DNA of 64,000 bases from Lingula anatina. Taxonomy: Eukaryota; Animalia; Brachiopoda. Position 1 is the stretch's first letter; each line of letters opens with the position of its first letter. The notes under the pieces were generated by a model. That model worked only from the letters and a program-made list of their open reading frames with translations. It searched no databases and was not told the origin of the DNA. The stretch lies in assembly GCA_051362555.1 (NCBI GenBank), contig CM120642.1:33728001-33792000 (forward strand), read 5' to 3'. Positions 40,296-52,858 of this stretch are shown one piece after another. A program made the translations under genes and the position numbers.

Positions 40296-41393
40296 TGATA
40301 TTGACAAACAGTTGATATATAATAATTGTTGGAAATCGCTTTTATGGCGACTTTTTTGTCTGACTTTCATTATATTGTTAAACGAATTAATTTACTCAAT
40401 TTAATTATCATTTTATAAAGTGTTGTGACGAGTTATGTTATTTCTATGAAGGCAAGATACCGAATAAACTACACGTCTAAACTGAAGAAAAATATTGCAA
40501 AGGTCGATTTTGCATTTTTCCAAGGAAGTTGAGACTGGTCAAAATATGTTCTAACATAAATAAAGAAGTACTGTTTTATAAATAGAATTTAAAAAATAAC
40601 TTCTCGTTTAACTATTCACTTTAGAAATTATTTAAAACTGATATATGCATGTAGTACTCCAGATCATTTCTTGTGTTTCTGTCCTGGAATTAATTCAGCA
40701 CCTATGTTATCTTGTAGATCAACAACGAAACACTAAAGCTAATCTTTCTAATCAAACATCCATAGTTTATGGATAGTAAATCAATTGATTTATTTGGTGC
40801 CCGTTTTTATCCCTTAATAAGTGAGACAAAAAAGTCAAAGAAATAGTAGCGTTACTGCAACAAACATGAGACGGCATTGAGGGTTTATTTGTGTATCTTT
40901 GTGTCTGCTTAGCTAAATGTTGAAATACAACAAGATAAATGTCTCTAATAACTAACAGGTAAACGCCGTGCAGTCGCGTGCTCGGCGGGAGCCTTCTCAT
41001 CCGACACTTTGCAGTGAGTGAGTCTTAAACAGAAACAACACGATTAACGACTGATTAACATGTAGCTGATAGACGAAAAAGGGTATAACAGCGTTTGTTA
41101 CGTTTATTGTTACATGTAGCTCAACCATTCCAAAACATATATTCATCGCCAGCCTTTCTGTATTTCTGGTATTCTACTCAACGACGGAGGAGGCCTACCA
41201 TACAGTTAAGCTGATTGCATTCAGCGAGAGTTCTTGCAGAGTTGGTTCGATCTACGTAGACCGATGCTCTCTATGTGAATGTGGCCTAAGATCCTGCACT
41301 AAAATTTCATTTACAAATGCAGAATCAAATACAAATAATCAACAACACAAAAAAGATAAGACAAAGTGGTTGATCTTAATGCTGTTAAATAAT

Positions 41394-43991
41394 TCAAAAA
41401 ACATCTTTTATCAACTGAAGATCTTTAAGAGGCTTTTTTAAACTGGCCAGCAATTTTTTCTTAAATTTCAGCATCGTGGGGTCGTATGTGTAATTCTTCA
41501 GAGCTTCTTTGCAAGATGGCAGATTGTAAGCCTTCCGGTACTTGTCAAAGTGGCACTTCTTGTAATGCTGATTCAAGCCAAATTTTTCATGAACTTGAAT
41601 AGAATGAGGCGTTTTTTCAAGCATTTTGGGGATTTTCAAGCAATAATGATTATGCAAATTATTGCAAGCCATCGGGTCTGAGATGCTTTTAGTTGCCGTT
41701 CCGTGAGCCGTCAGTTCTCTTAAATGGTGGATTTGACGTAACGTTAACGCATACTCCGGCTCCGACGTATTCTGCGGCAGTTCGGAGAAGTAATACACGT
41801 TCCTAAAATTAAACATTCGGTACGGATGACTTGATTCTGTTTCATTTTCAATGGCGGCCAACATGTCATGGTACGTCATCAAATTTCCACGGGGAACGAT
41901 CATTTCATCTAAATCGGTGACGACGATTTTCTTGTATCTGTACATGTTCTTATACATACAGTCATTGATCACAGGAGTCGCCATGATATGAAACATGATT
42001 TCTCCGTCCTCGGTCATGGGCCGCGGTACCCTGGTGTAGGTTAAGATCCCCTGCTGGTGGTAGTATAAGAATACCCTCTCCGTGGTGTCCTGCACCATGC
42101 TGCCGTAAATGTTGATCTCCTTTACTCCCCAGAGCCTGTGCAGCTCCACCCACTCCACTAGTCTATAGGGATCAAACTTCCAGTAAGCCAAACTGACACA
42201 GCTCCCGAAGTCCATTGTTTCCTCTCTTCTTGGATATCGTACAGGTACACGCACCTGTTCATGAGATTCCCAATTTGTTTGGGTCAGATATGTCTTGTCC
42301 ACCACGGAGACGAATGTCGCGTTCTTATCCTTGACTCTTAAAGGTCCGCACACAAATATATACTCCCGAAAGAATTTCCCGTGTCGCCAGCCTCCTATGC
42401 CGATGTCAGTCGGCGTAATTGCCTGCAACACGGGAGTTTCCCGCCCTTCGTAGGTGACTAAACAAGACAGTTTCTCTTTGTCCACTTCATCTTTGTGCGC
42501 CATACCGATGATACGAATGGCGGGTCTCATCATGGGGTCTGTGGTCGGTCTATCGTCATAGTAGGCGGAGAGGAGATACATCTCTGTCGTTATGTTTGGT
42601 GTGTACCAGAACATGGTCTTAACGGGACGTGTCCGGGTGTTTTGTGTCAGGTGAGTGTTAAGGTGTGTGTCGTCAAGTATGGACAGGTATAGTACCACCA
42701 CAGTGGCCAACCCCGAGAGCACCATTGCAGCTATGAATTTGGGCTGAATGAAGGCGAACTGAAAATATTTATAAACAAACAGATTTAGGTAAAACGGACA
42801 TATATAAAACTGAGGAAACTAAAGATTTGTTCAGAAGGGAGCGAAGTCTGGATACGGGGATATTATAATACGGTGTTGAAATTTGATATGGGATTTTTTT
42901 TAATCAATTAATTTCGATTTAATTTAATTTTTCAAAGTAATGAAAACAAATATAGTATTTGTGACAGCTTGCCTTTAATTAAATTCATTAATGAAGCATT
43001 ACAAAAATACATGGCTGATTTAAAGTCATAACACAACCCTTACGCAAAGTTGTCGGTAAACTGGTACCACCACATCTGACGTCACAACTCTGTTTTTACA
43101 TATCTCATATGAGTTGTAAGTTAAAAAAAATATTTTTACCTATATATACCTTTTAAATAGAAATACCCCATATCAAATGCCAATTCTGTTTAAGAAAGGG
43201 AGAGAGAGAGAGGGAGAGAGAGAGACGGTTCTATATAGAAACCCAAACCAGGATACTTCTGTGTTATCCACGCATGATGTTAAAGTTATAGATAATTCAA
43301 AAGACCAGACCACCATAATGTGCCGTCTAGGCATAATGTTTCATATGATGTTTTTATATGTATGTATCTAACTGTGTCTACTGCGCGCAATTTCGTTGTT
43401 CAGCAAACTGTTTACGCCCCTGACGAGGCCTCCGGGCCGAAAAAGCTGTAGGGACTTATGTAAATTATAATGGAGAGAACAGATTAACCTTGTTCGTTTT
43501 TTGTCTTGTTCGTTTCTTGTATATATATATATATTCGACCGCCAATTCAAGGTCTACGTGCTGAATTAACCACCTGGATAGAATTAATGGGGATAAAAAC
43601 ATGAATAGATTTATATAATGGGAAGGTAACTCTATCTGCTGTATTATACCCTAAAAGTCACTCTGATGAGTAAACAATCGCATGTACGTGCGCACACGCA
43701 CACACACACACACATACACGGGCGGGGGGAGGGGGTTGATCAACAACGCTATTAGAGCAGGGCACATGATGATGATAATATTGCATACCTGGATGATATG
43801 CTATTGAAATGTATGGTATGGTATAAATATAGTACACCTGACACACACTCACACATGAACACGTACACCCCACCAAAATAATAACATTAATAAAAAACAG
43901 ACATCTGCTCTTCCAATCACAGTATACGATAGATATGAATTAGGCCTCTACAAGCCTCATCACTCCCGCTTACCAACATCTTCAGCGGCAT
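41394..43991 (-). CDS. Glycosyltransferase family 92 (galt-1-like galactosyltransferase) paralog 1
   Basis: Putative exon 43991-43974 (MPLKML|gtaagc) splices in frame to 42758-41394. N-terminal TM helix (type II), LLSAYYDDR, LVEWVELHRLWGV, INDCMYKNMYRY, DxD motif TDLDE, HNH. Confidence 0.85.
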
Positions 43992-45196
43992 TCGGTTCTC
44001 AGTCTTCTTCTAAGCAGGAACTTAGGAAATAATTAACATCCTGCACGTCCCAACACAGGTACACAGCGGTGGTGACATCCCTCCATGCTGAATGCTGTAT
44101 GTACGTGGACCGTCTGACCGAGATAGGATCTCTTTTTATTTTAACCCTCGCGTCGCATAACCAGCAAAATCAGCATATTTAACGACGTGTTCGAGTCTCT
44201 CGTTCATTTAATTTTTAAATAACCTCCATCCTATGTTAAGAGACCTACGAGGTTTTGTAGAGCTAAGGAATCATTATTTTAATTTGCGCAGTTTCCTTTT
44301 CTTCCTTTACAGCGCAATTTGATTGTCGAGATAGTGATATCATAAAATGATCATGAACTGCAATTTTTATCGCACAAGTATCACAACCATAAAATAATTC
44401 TGAAATGCGGTCTTAAAAGACTAATCAGTGAATTTTCGCTCCGTTTATTTTTTTTTTACATATGTGTACAAATAATCGGAGGAAATCCTTTTTGTAAAAT
44501 GAGGGTCACCTAAAAGTTAGGCATTCATTAAAAGATAGGAGTCTAGAACGCCCTGATAATCTTCATAGATCTTATTAACAGATTGTTGATAGTGTGTATG
44601 GGAGAAGGTTTCATAGTGTAAATATCAAATAAAATCGGTCGATATAACAGTTCGATGTATACGTGGTAGATAATACCGTGTGAGTGTTACATATAGAAAC
44701 AGGCTTGCCGTTCCTTTATGAAAATCAGCTTCTCAGATTGCGGGCAATGTCGTCAGTGTTTGTCAACTGGCCGCTCTTCTGTGGCCGACTAAATAGTTAG
44801 CAAGTCCTCTTTGGACTCCGACTCTAGAGATAATTTCCAAAACTTAAAAAGAAAGGTTTTCTTGTAGTATTAATTTGCGGCATATTTATTTATTTCAGTT
44901 ATAACAATTTCAATATATAGCATTTGTCGAAAATAACCATTCAGTTGTTGGGTTAGACATGTAGAAAAGAAACAATATTTTGAGTTTGAAGTATTAATAA
45001 AAAAGGGGGTCCATCTCGAAAAAAAGGGAGGGTCCTCTAAAAATTCACATCGAGCTGGCCGACGTATTTGGCAGGTCATTTCATCTAAAAACAGTCATGA
45101 TGAAGACGTAGAGACCAAATAAAGAGATAGGACTGTGTTTTTTGACGTAGCCAAACCATTCCAAAAGCTACAAAATAACGTTTGTTTGTAAGCTGT

Positions 45197-46669
45197 TTAT
45201 TTCAGCGTTCGTATTCCCAGTTTATCCAGCTCCTTCTGCACGCGCGATACCAGCACATCCTTAAACCTGTGAACACTTGTATCTATAGCGTAATCCTTCA
45301 GTGCTTCTTTACACGGCTTCAGAGAACGGTAAACATTCAAAACTTTATCAAAATGGCATCTTTTGTAATGTTGGTTGAGTGCAAAATCTTTCGGTACATG
45401 AAGCGACTCCGTTTCCGCATCGCCTAGTTCTGTCAGTTTCCAACAATAGTGATTGTGTAAATTAGTACACGTTAAAGGGTCTATGATGGTTTTTGTGGAC
45501 ACCCCCTGCAGAGAGGGAAGCCTCAGGCGTCCTACCTGACGCAGCGTTGTGAGATGACTCGGCATGGAATTGTCCTGCGGAAGCTCGGAAAAAAAGTACA
45601 CGTTACTAAAGTGATACATTCGATGTCGGTGTTTCCTCTTAATGGCAGCGTCAATTGCATCTAAGAGCTCGGTATAACTGGTGAGATTTCCCCGTGGAAC
45701 AATCACCTCGTCTAGATCAATCACCACAATGTGTTTATAGCGGTACATGTTTTTGTACATGCAGTCATTAAGAGTTGGCGCAGACATTAACTGCAACATA
45801 AACTCCTCGGTTTCATTAAAAATCCGGAAAACATTGTTATATATCAAAATATTCTGGTTGTGATAATGCATGAAGACATTTTGTGTGGTTTTATTGACAA
45901 TGCTGCCGTAAATATTGATCTCTTCGACCCCCCAGATTCTGTTGAGTTCTACCCACTCCACCAGGCGAAGAGGATCAATGGTGCCATACGTCAACCCAAT
46001 ACAAGCACCAAACTCTAGCTTCTTCTTAGGTCTGTGCGGATATTTGATAGGTATCTTGTACAAACTCTTTACATTAGGGTACACATTGTCCGGAGATTCG
46101 TCAATTATAGATAGAAAACGCGGTTTAATCGTTGAGGATAATTTTCCAAGGTCGCACACGAAAATATACTCCCGAAAGTACCATCCTCCCGACCCTGTGG
46201 GAGAGTAGGTCATTCTGATAGGCGTCCATTTGGAGTTGCCAACCCAAATCACACACATCATTTTCTTTTGTCCTCTGCCTTCTATTTGTTCCTTGTCTGC
46301 TATGGTGATTATACGAACAACTGGTCTTGCCCTGGGGTCGAGTGTTGGTCTGTCGTCATAATATGCAGACAGCACATACATTTCTGTCGTCACATTGGGC
46401 TTGGCCCACGCCATTGTGTCCACGTGTCTGTGGTATGACGTCACATGTCTGTTTACAACCTTCCTCTTTTGTCCCCCAGGTCTCTGCAGTGACATATAAA
46501 CACCAATGTAGCAAACCGCAGCTATCACTATTAGCACAATAAGGCGGGACTGCAGCGTGCAGCCTGTCCGGCAACATCTCCGCAGCAAGTGGCGTCTTTC
46601 CCGAACGTAGAAAGTTTTAATACCTCTTGTGCGAATCATTTTTGTTCTTCCCCCTACTCCTGCGTGCAT
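45197..46669 (-). CDS. Glycosyltransferase family 92 paralog 2 (single coding exon, 490 aa)
   Basis: Basic cytosolic tail, TM LIVLIVIAAVCYIGVYM, VLSAYYDDR, LVEWVELNRIWGV, LNDCMYKNMYRY, IDLDE, HNH. Collinear with paralog 1. Confidence 0.88.
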   Translation of the reverse strand: MHAGVGGRTKMIRTRGIKTFYVRERRHLLRRCCRTGCTLQSRLIVLIVIAAVCYIGVYMSLQRPGGQKRKVVNRHVTSYHRHVDTMAWAKPNVTTEMYVLSAYYDDRPTLDPRARPVVRIITIADKEQIEGRGQKKMMCVIWVGNSKWTPIRMTYSPTGSGGWYFREYIFVCDLGKLSSTIKPRFLSIIDESPDNVYPNVKSLYKIPIKYPHRPKKKLEFGACIGLTYGTIDPLRLVEWVELNRIWGVEEINIYGSIVNKTTQNVFMHYHNQNILIYNNVFRIFNETEEFMLQLMSAPTLNDCMYKNMYRYKHIVVIDLDEVIVPRGNLTSYTELLDAIDAAIKRKHRHRMYHFSNVYFFSELPQDNSMPSHLTTLRQVGRLRLPSLQGVSTKTIIDPLTCTNLHNHYCWKLTELGDAETESLHVPKDFALNQHYKRCHFDKVLNVYRSLKPCKEALKDYAIDTSVHRFKDVLVSRVQKELDKLGIRTLK

Positions 46670-47349
46670 TTCCTCCTCTGCTAAGTTGATGATACGTGCA
46701 CTTTATACTGCAGTAGAACTATTTTAAGGGTATATTTGACACGCACTAAGAAAGCAACACATTAAACGGACGTGTTGCTAAATGGCTTTTATTTTTACCT
46801 TTAATGCGACATTTACAGCATTAAGAATTTGCTTTAATGATCCTCGTGACGAATTTACACATATATGTGTCTTAGGCATATGCATTACAATACCATGCCT
46901 CTACCTACAGGGATTTCTTTTGACATCTTAACGTCATGTAGATGAAACTTGAAATTCCAAATCGTATCACAGGCAGTGTCACCGATCCCAATTTCTTTCC
47001 AAGCAGAATGATTTGTCATTCTCCTTTTCTAAACTTCTTTTTATAAATTAATGATAAACATGACGTGCAAACAAGTTGCACATAATCTCTAAAATCTTTT
47101 TTTTTTTGGCCTCTTGGGTTTTATATTTCAATGTATCTTCTTTTTTGTCTTTTATTTATTTTATTTTAAAATATTTTTTCAAATATTTAATAATTTTATA
47201 TCGTTTTTTCACTGAAGCTGAATGGTAAAGAAAAGTCTTCGCGCATTCTTTTCTGCGCACTTAAGCTTGCAGTTAACTTCGCCTTGGTGCAGTGAACGCG
47301 ATCCTTTACCTCATTCACCATTGACCTTAAAAGGTTAATGAACTTAGTC

Positions 47350-48356
47350 TATCTGGACCTTGAGGTCTATCCTGGTCCTTGAGTTAACACTTAGTATGGT
47401 CAGTGTTGGTCAAAGTCAATATCTGGACCTTGAGGTCTATATCGATCCTTGAGTAAACACTCAATATGGTCAGTGTTGGTCAATGTCTATATCTGGACCT
47501 TGAGGTCTATGTTGGTCCTTGAGTGTTGGTCAATGTCTATATCTGGACCTTGAGGTCTATAATGGTCCTCGAGTGTTGGTCAATGTCTATATCTGGACCT
47601 TGAGGTCTATAATGGTCCTCGAGTGTTGGTAAATGTCTATATATATATATGGACCTTGAGGTCTATAATGGTCCTCGAGTGTTGGTCAATGTCTATATCT
47701 GGACCTTGAGGTCTATAATGGTCCTCGAGTGTTGGTCAATGTCTATATATGGACCTTGAGGTCTATATTGGTCCTCGAGTGTTGGTCAATGTCTAAATCT
47801 GGACCTTGAGGTCTATATTGGTCCTCGAGTGTTGGTCAATGTCTATATCTGGACCTTGAGGTCTATATTGGTCCTCGAGTGTTGGTCAATGTCTATATCT
47901 GGACCTTGAGGTCTATATTGGTCCTGGAGTGTTGGTCAATGTCTATATCTGGACCTTGAGGTCTATATTGGTCCTGGAGTGTTGGTCAATGTCTAAATCT
48001 GGACCTTGAGGTCTATATTGGTCCTGGAGTGTTGGTCAATGTCTATATCTGGACCTTGAGGTCTATATTGGTCCTCGAGTGTTGGTCAATGTCTAAATCT
48101 GGACCTTGAGGTCTATAATGGTCCTCGAGTGTTGGTCAATGTCTATATATGGACCTTGAGGTCTATATTGGTCCTGGAGTGTTGGTCAATGTCTATATCT
48201 GGACCTTGAGGTCTATAATGGTCCTTGAGTGTTGAGGTCTATAATGGTCCTCGAGTGTTGGTCAATGTCTATATATGGACCTTGAGGTCTATAATGGTCC
48301 TCGAGTGTGGTCAATGTCTATATCTGGACCTTGAGGTCTATCCTGGTCCTTGAGTT
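47350..48356. repeat. 50-bp minisatellite (~19 copies, longer ~72-bp units at the left edge)
   Basis: Unit ctggaccttgaggtctatattggtcctcgagtgttggtcaatgtctatat. Confidence 0.95.
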
Positions 48357-48549
48357 TACCCTTTCTGCGGTCAGTGTTGGTATATTTTGACCTCGGGGTC
48401 TATACACAGGGAAGCTGGCTGAAAGGTAGTGTTTAAGTATAATAATTTGATGTCTTATCATCCATGTCGCACAGTACTCTAATTTAAATTTTCAAAATAG
48501 CAGATTTCATCTAATTAAGCTGAAGGTCAGAGGTCATTGACCTACCCAT

Positions 48550-50010
48550 TTAGGCCTGGTCGATCTCCCGAATGAGATCGTCCACAATTCTAAACAAATC
48601 TTGCTCGTCATCCTTTTCCTTGCGTTGTTTATTTGAGTTTGAAGTTGGTGGAGTGCTTTCTCTTAAATATAAGGGAAAGAAAACAAGAACGCTCAGTAGG
48701 AACAGGTAAAGTACAGGTGAAAAATTGAGGTATTACCAAATGGTACAGGAAAGTCTCTATATTTTATTATATGAACGTTTAATTACAATACGTTTTCTTC
48801 AAACTTCAGTCAACTCAAGCACTCACCCTAACCCCCTGGCAATCAGCTCCAGAGCGCGTTCAGAAAACGGGATAAATGTCATTCCAAACATTTCGACATC
48901 TGCCAGCTCTTTGTTCACTGTTAACACTTCGTCAGACGATTTCAAGGCAATACCAGTGATAGTCATCGCCATATTAAACTCTTCAGATGGGCTGGGTCCA
49001 ACTAAACAGGAATAAAAAATGCTTTCTACCAGCAGTTTACTAAAGATTACTTAAAATGTATATTATAGCAAATTAAGTAAAGTGCATGGCTTTCATTCCC
49101 AATGCTTTAGTAGCAGCTGCGATCTTTCTGAGTATTATTGACGAAAATATACATATTTGTTTTTTTTTTTTACATTTGTTATGTATTTATAAGCAAGTCG
49201 AAAACGAAGTAGTAATCCAGTTGTGATATATAAAATATATAGAAATTGAACCCGCCTTTATTCCCGCGGCGAAAGAAATTTCTGATCCTTTTGCGCAGTC
49301 CTGGTCTACGAGTTCCTGTAATATTGAGTACTCGAATCGGATATTACATGTACCAACATAATTAATACTGAATAAAAGAAATAAAAAAACCTCTTCGATA
49401 GTTGGGTAATATAGACCTCTTAATACAGTTAAACCAAGTTCTATCTCTTCATTTTTTTCAAGCATGTATTATTTGTTATAGGAAGCAATGAGTACTGTAA
49501 ACTTTCTCCTCCTCACGGACAAGGGCGAGAGATAACAGTGCAATTGCTCGCATCTGCGGTGTTGATAAGTGTGTTGGATATATAGGCTTTGTGTATTAAG
49601 CAGAAACGTATAGAATAAAACCATAACATTATTGTGTTAGTATCAGATGTTCTCATGTCTCGACTCGGCATAACCGCATTTCTTACCACTGTAATACTCC
49701 TCGCGTACATCATGATAGCTGTTAATAGGTTGAACTGCGTCTGCAGAGAGATCACGTTATATAAAAAAATTTATTTGATCAAATTGATAATGCAGCAAAA
49801 CAATGAATTTAATGCACTTATAAGTTATTTTATATACCAAATGCGACATTTCTTTACACTATTCAGTTCATATCCATATTTACAGCGCATATTTTCTGCT
49901 TGTAATTTGCAATTTACTTTAAACAATAACGCTTACAGACAACAGAACGCTGAACTAGTCTTCACATATACGCGTTGTTTTGAGCACTTACGTGATTGAG
50001 TGCATCCCAT
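48550..50010 (-). CDS. Uncharacterised 139-aa protein with N-terminal MGCxxS dual-acylation motif
   Basis: Exons 50010-49992, 49740-49687, 49315-49256 (GC donor), 49001-48827, 48661-48550 join to give MGCTQSHAVQPINSYHDVREEYYSGTRRPGLRKRIRNFFRRGNKVGPSPSEEFNMAMTITGIALKSSDEVLTVNKELADVEMFGMTFIPFSERALELIARGLGESTPPTSNSNKQRKEKDDEQDLFRIVDDLIREIDQA*. A possible non-coding exon ends at 50105. Confidence 0.68.
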
Positions 50011-50309
50011 TTTTTGTGAAAAAATGATAAAAACTATATTCCTAGATTCCGTATAACGTCTTATTGATCGCTATCGAAGAAATGGATTATGGTATAAACG
50101 TTACCTTGGTATCAAGACACGCCCGTTTCGCTATCGTTAAATAAAATCATTCAGTCCTCCGTCACAAATATGATCCATTTTTAAAATTTATCACAAAACA
50201 TTGAAACCTTAGATAAAACTCACGCCAAGAAATCTAAAAAAATAGGCAAAATGGAACAAAACGTTTTTCTGAGCTGAAACTTTGGCGATTAATATTGGTG
50301 TGGTTATTG

Positions 50310-50317
50310 TGACGTCA
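50310..50317. promoter_or_regulatory. Perfect CRE palindrome upstream of the MGCxxS gene
   Basis: TGACGTCA, with an adjacent ATTGG (CCAAT) at ~50294. Confidence 0.35.
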
Positions 50318-50814
50318 TGGCGTAACGTCGCATTTCACGTAACGTCACACTAAGATCGTACTTGTGAAAAATTATGAATATCGCACATTCTACAGGCACT
50401 TGGTACTGCGACCTTACATAATACAACGGCATTTTAAAAAATAGTACTGTAAATGGAAATTTTCCTGTATCTTTTTCTCTTGATACGTTTCAGATGTTCA
50501 CACAGAGTAGAACTAGACTATTTAATAAACGATCATCTGTGTGAAAGTAACCGCATCATACTTTTATTTAGAGTGTACTAGTTTATTGAATGTAGTAGAC
50601 AACTTTGGGGGGCACATCTTTACAACAGTGTAATAACTGCTTTTGAAGTAGCAAAACTTGCATAATTTTCACATTATATAATGAGCCCGTGAGAATCATT
50701 ATTTCTAAAACTAAATCGCGTGTCACATATTGAGTTTTATTGATCACATATTATTTGCTGTTAATTTGAGTGAGACATGAATCTTTTATCAAAGTTTTAA
50801 GCAGTAATCTTTAT

Positions 50815-50930
50815 GTCATTATTTCACAGTGATATCAATGTATCTATTCCTGCACCTAGCCTGGATACACAGTATGTCATTATTTCACAGTGATATCAAT
50901 GCAGCTATTCCTGCACCTAGCCTGGATACA
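50815..50930 (-). repeat. 61-bp tandem duplication of the PRMT9 coding end including the stop
   Basis: gtcattatttcacagtgatatcaatg(t/c)a(t/g)ctattcctgcacctagcctggataca occurs twice. Confidence 0.9.
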
Positions 50931-52769
50931 TAGTCCGTCCCCGAGGGTGACGTCAAGGTCCTCCGCCATCATCACCACTGCCTGTCTCCAGTGTCTCGGT
51001 TCATCCAGAGTACACAGCCTCACAGCGTCTGCCAAATAGATATCAAACCAGTAAACCACGCCTGTCAGGCTGCCGTTCTCACAGGCGGGGACGCGGACCG
51101 TGACGTCTTTTTCTAAGAAATTGAGCATGTCGCTGGATTGGGGAAGGTTGAAGTCAAAGTCAAAGATTTTGAAAGGTTCTGTTAGTCTGGTATACGGGAG
51201 GGTTTGTAGGTCCACGTCAACATGGGTCCGCATCTGGAACAGAAATACAGCGCTGGGTTAGAAAGACGTGAAAGATGTGTACTTTATAATGTTAACCAGA
51301 GGCGCTTCCTCTGCACTAGGACCTAGCTCTATCCCTGGTCTACTATTGAAGGAGTTTATATCAAAATAAAAGTATTTACTGATGTTTTAGTGATAGTAAT
51401 CACCTAATTTGGAACAAAAATAGTACAGAAACAGCCATGTTTCCCTTTTATCAATATTACTTTTGTTCCAAAGTAAAAGCTTCCCATCATTAAACGATCA
51501 GTAAATACAAGTCCTTGGAACCATGAAAAATCTTATTGATAATATATGTAAAAAAAAAAAGATTTAATTGTTAACTTTCAGCAGCTTGATGTTTATGTAC
51601 ATAAACTTGAATGTATATGCCACATAAATCCTGAGTGTGTACCTTGAAATCATTGATAAACTGAGCAATATTCCACCCCAGTGTTGACTGGTCACTAACC
51701 ACCATGCTGTATTCCTTTAGTTTCTCGGAGTGGATACACATCCCATAGACAGACGTCCTCTGTGGGACCACACTGCCCCCTGGCCTCAGGTGACTCACTC
51801 TGAACATATAGAACTCTCATATATAATATGATCTGGCTACACGTCTTTTAAAAAAAATCTGAATAATATCAATATAGGCTTCTCCCTTTGCTCAATTCTA
51901 TTATTCTGTAAAATAAAAATTAATCAATTAATTTAGAACAAGGCAGCAAAGCTGTCAAATGTACAGACAAAAAACAGAAAATAAAGATGCAAAATAGGTC
52001 ATTTTGTCAATTTTGATGCAATAATAAATAATGCTTATAATAGCACTGTCAGTCAACACTGAATTTTAATCATGCACAACATGTAACATGGTCAATAACA
52101 GGAGCGGACCCTGAGATATTTTCTGACAGTATTCCAAAGTATCTATGTTGATCCATCGTCTATTTTGATGGTCTTCCAACAGAAAAAAATAGATACCAGT
52201 CAATATAAACTTAATAACCTGTCTTCTAGAAGACCCAGAAGATGGTCTCAATCCACCCCTTCAATAAGATTACAGTTTCAGGACCATGAGAGACCAAAGT
52301 CACATGATGAAAGTCTCAATATTTGAAAAATGATGACAGTGCATAAAATAATATTATATAATGTTTAAAGACATAAAAAACAATACAATTGCTTATGTGG
52401 AAATACAGAAAATGTGCAGAGCCTCAAGCGGATGAGAGTTAAAAGTCACAAATGCAAGTGTTTGAGAAAAAATTGTAAAGGAAAACATAACAAAACTAGA
52501 AAACCACCGAGAGTGCAGACCTCTGCCAAGGCAGCAATTGTTGATTATTATTGATTATTGATTGATTTTTGAGCCAGACCACCACTAAAAACTAATCATT
52601 GTCCTCTTTGGTCCAATTCTGACAGTTCCTGAAAATTTCAGCAAAATCGGTCCATAACTTTTTGAGTTATGTTGATGACAGACAAACAGGGGTGAAAATA
52701 TAACCTCCTTGGCAGAGCCTGAGGTAAATATAATTTCAATGAAGCTGCTATTCAAATTTTTAATCTTTG

Positions 52770-52858
<89 letters not shown>

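Noticed and set aside
47350-48356. 50-bp array as CRISPR or coding repeat
   Set aside because: No spacers; the unit is not a multiple of 3 and gives no long ORF.
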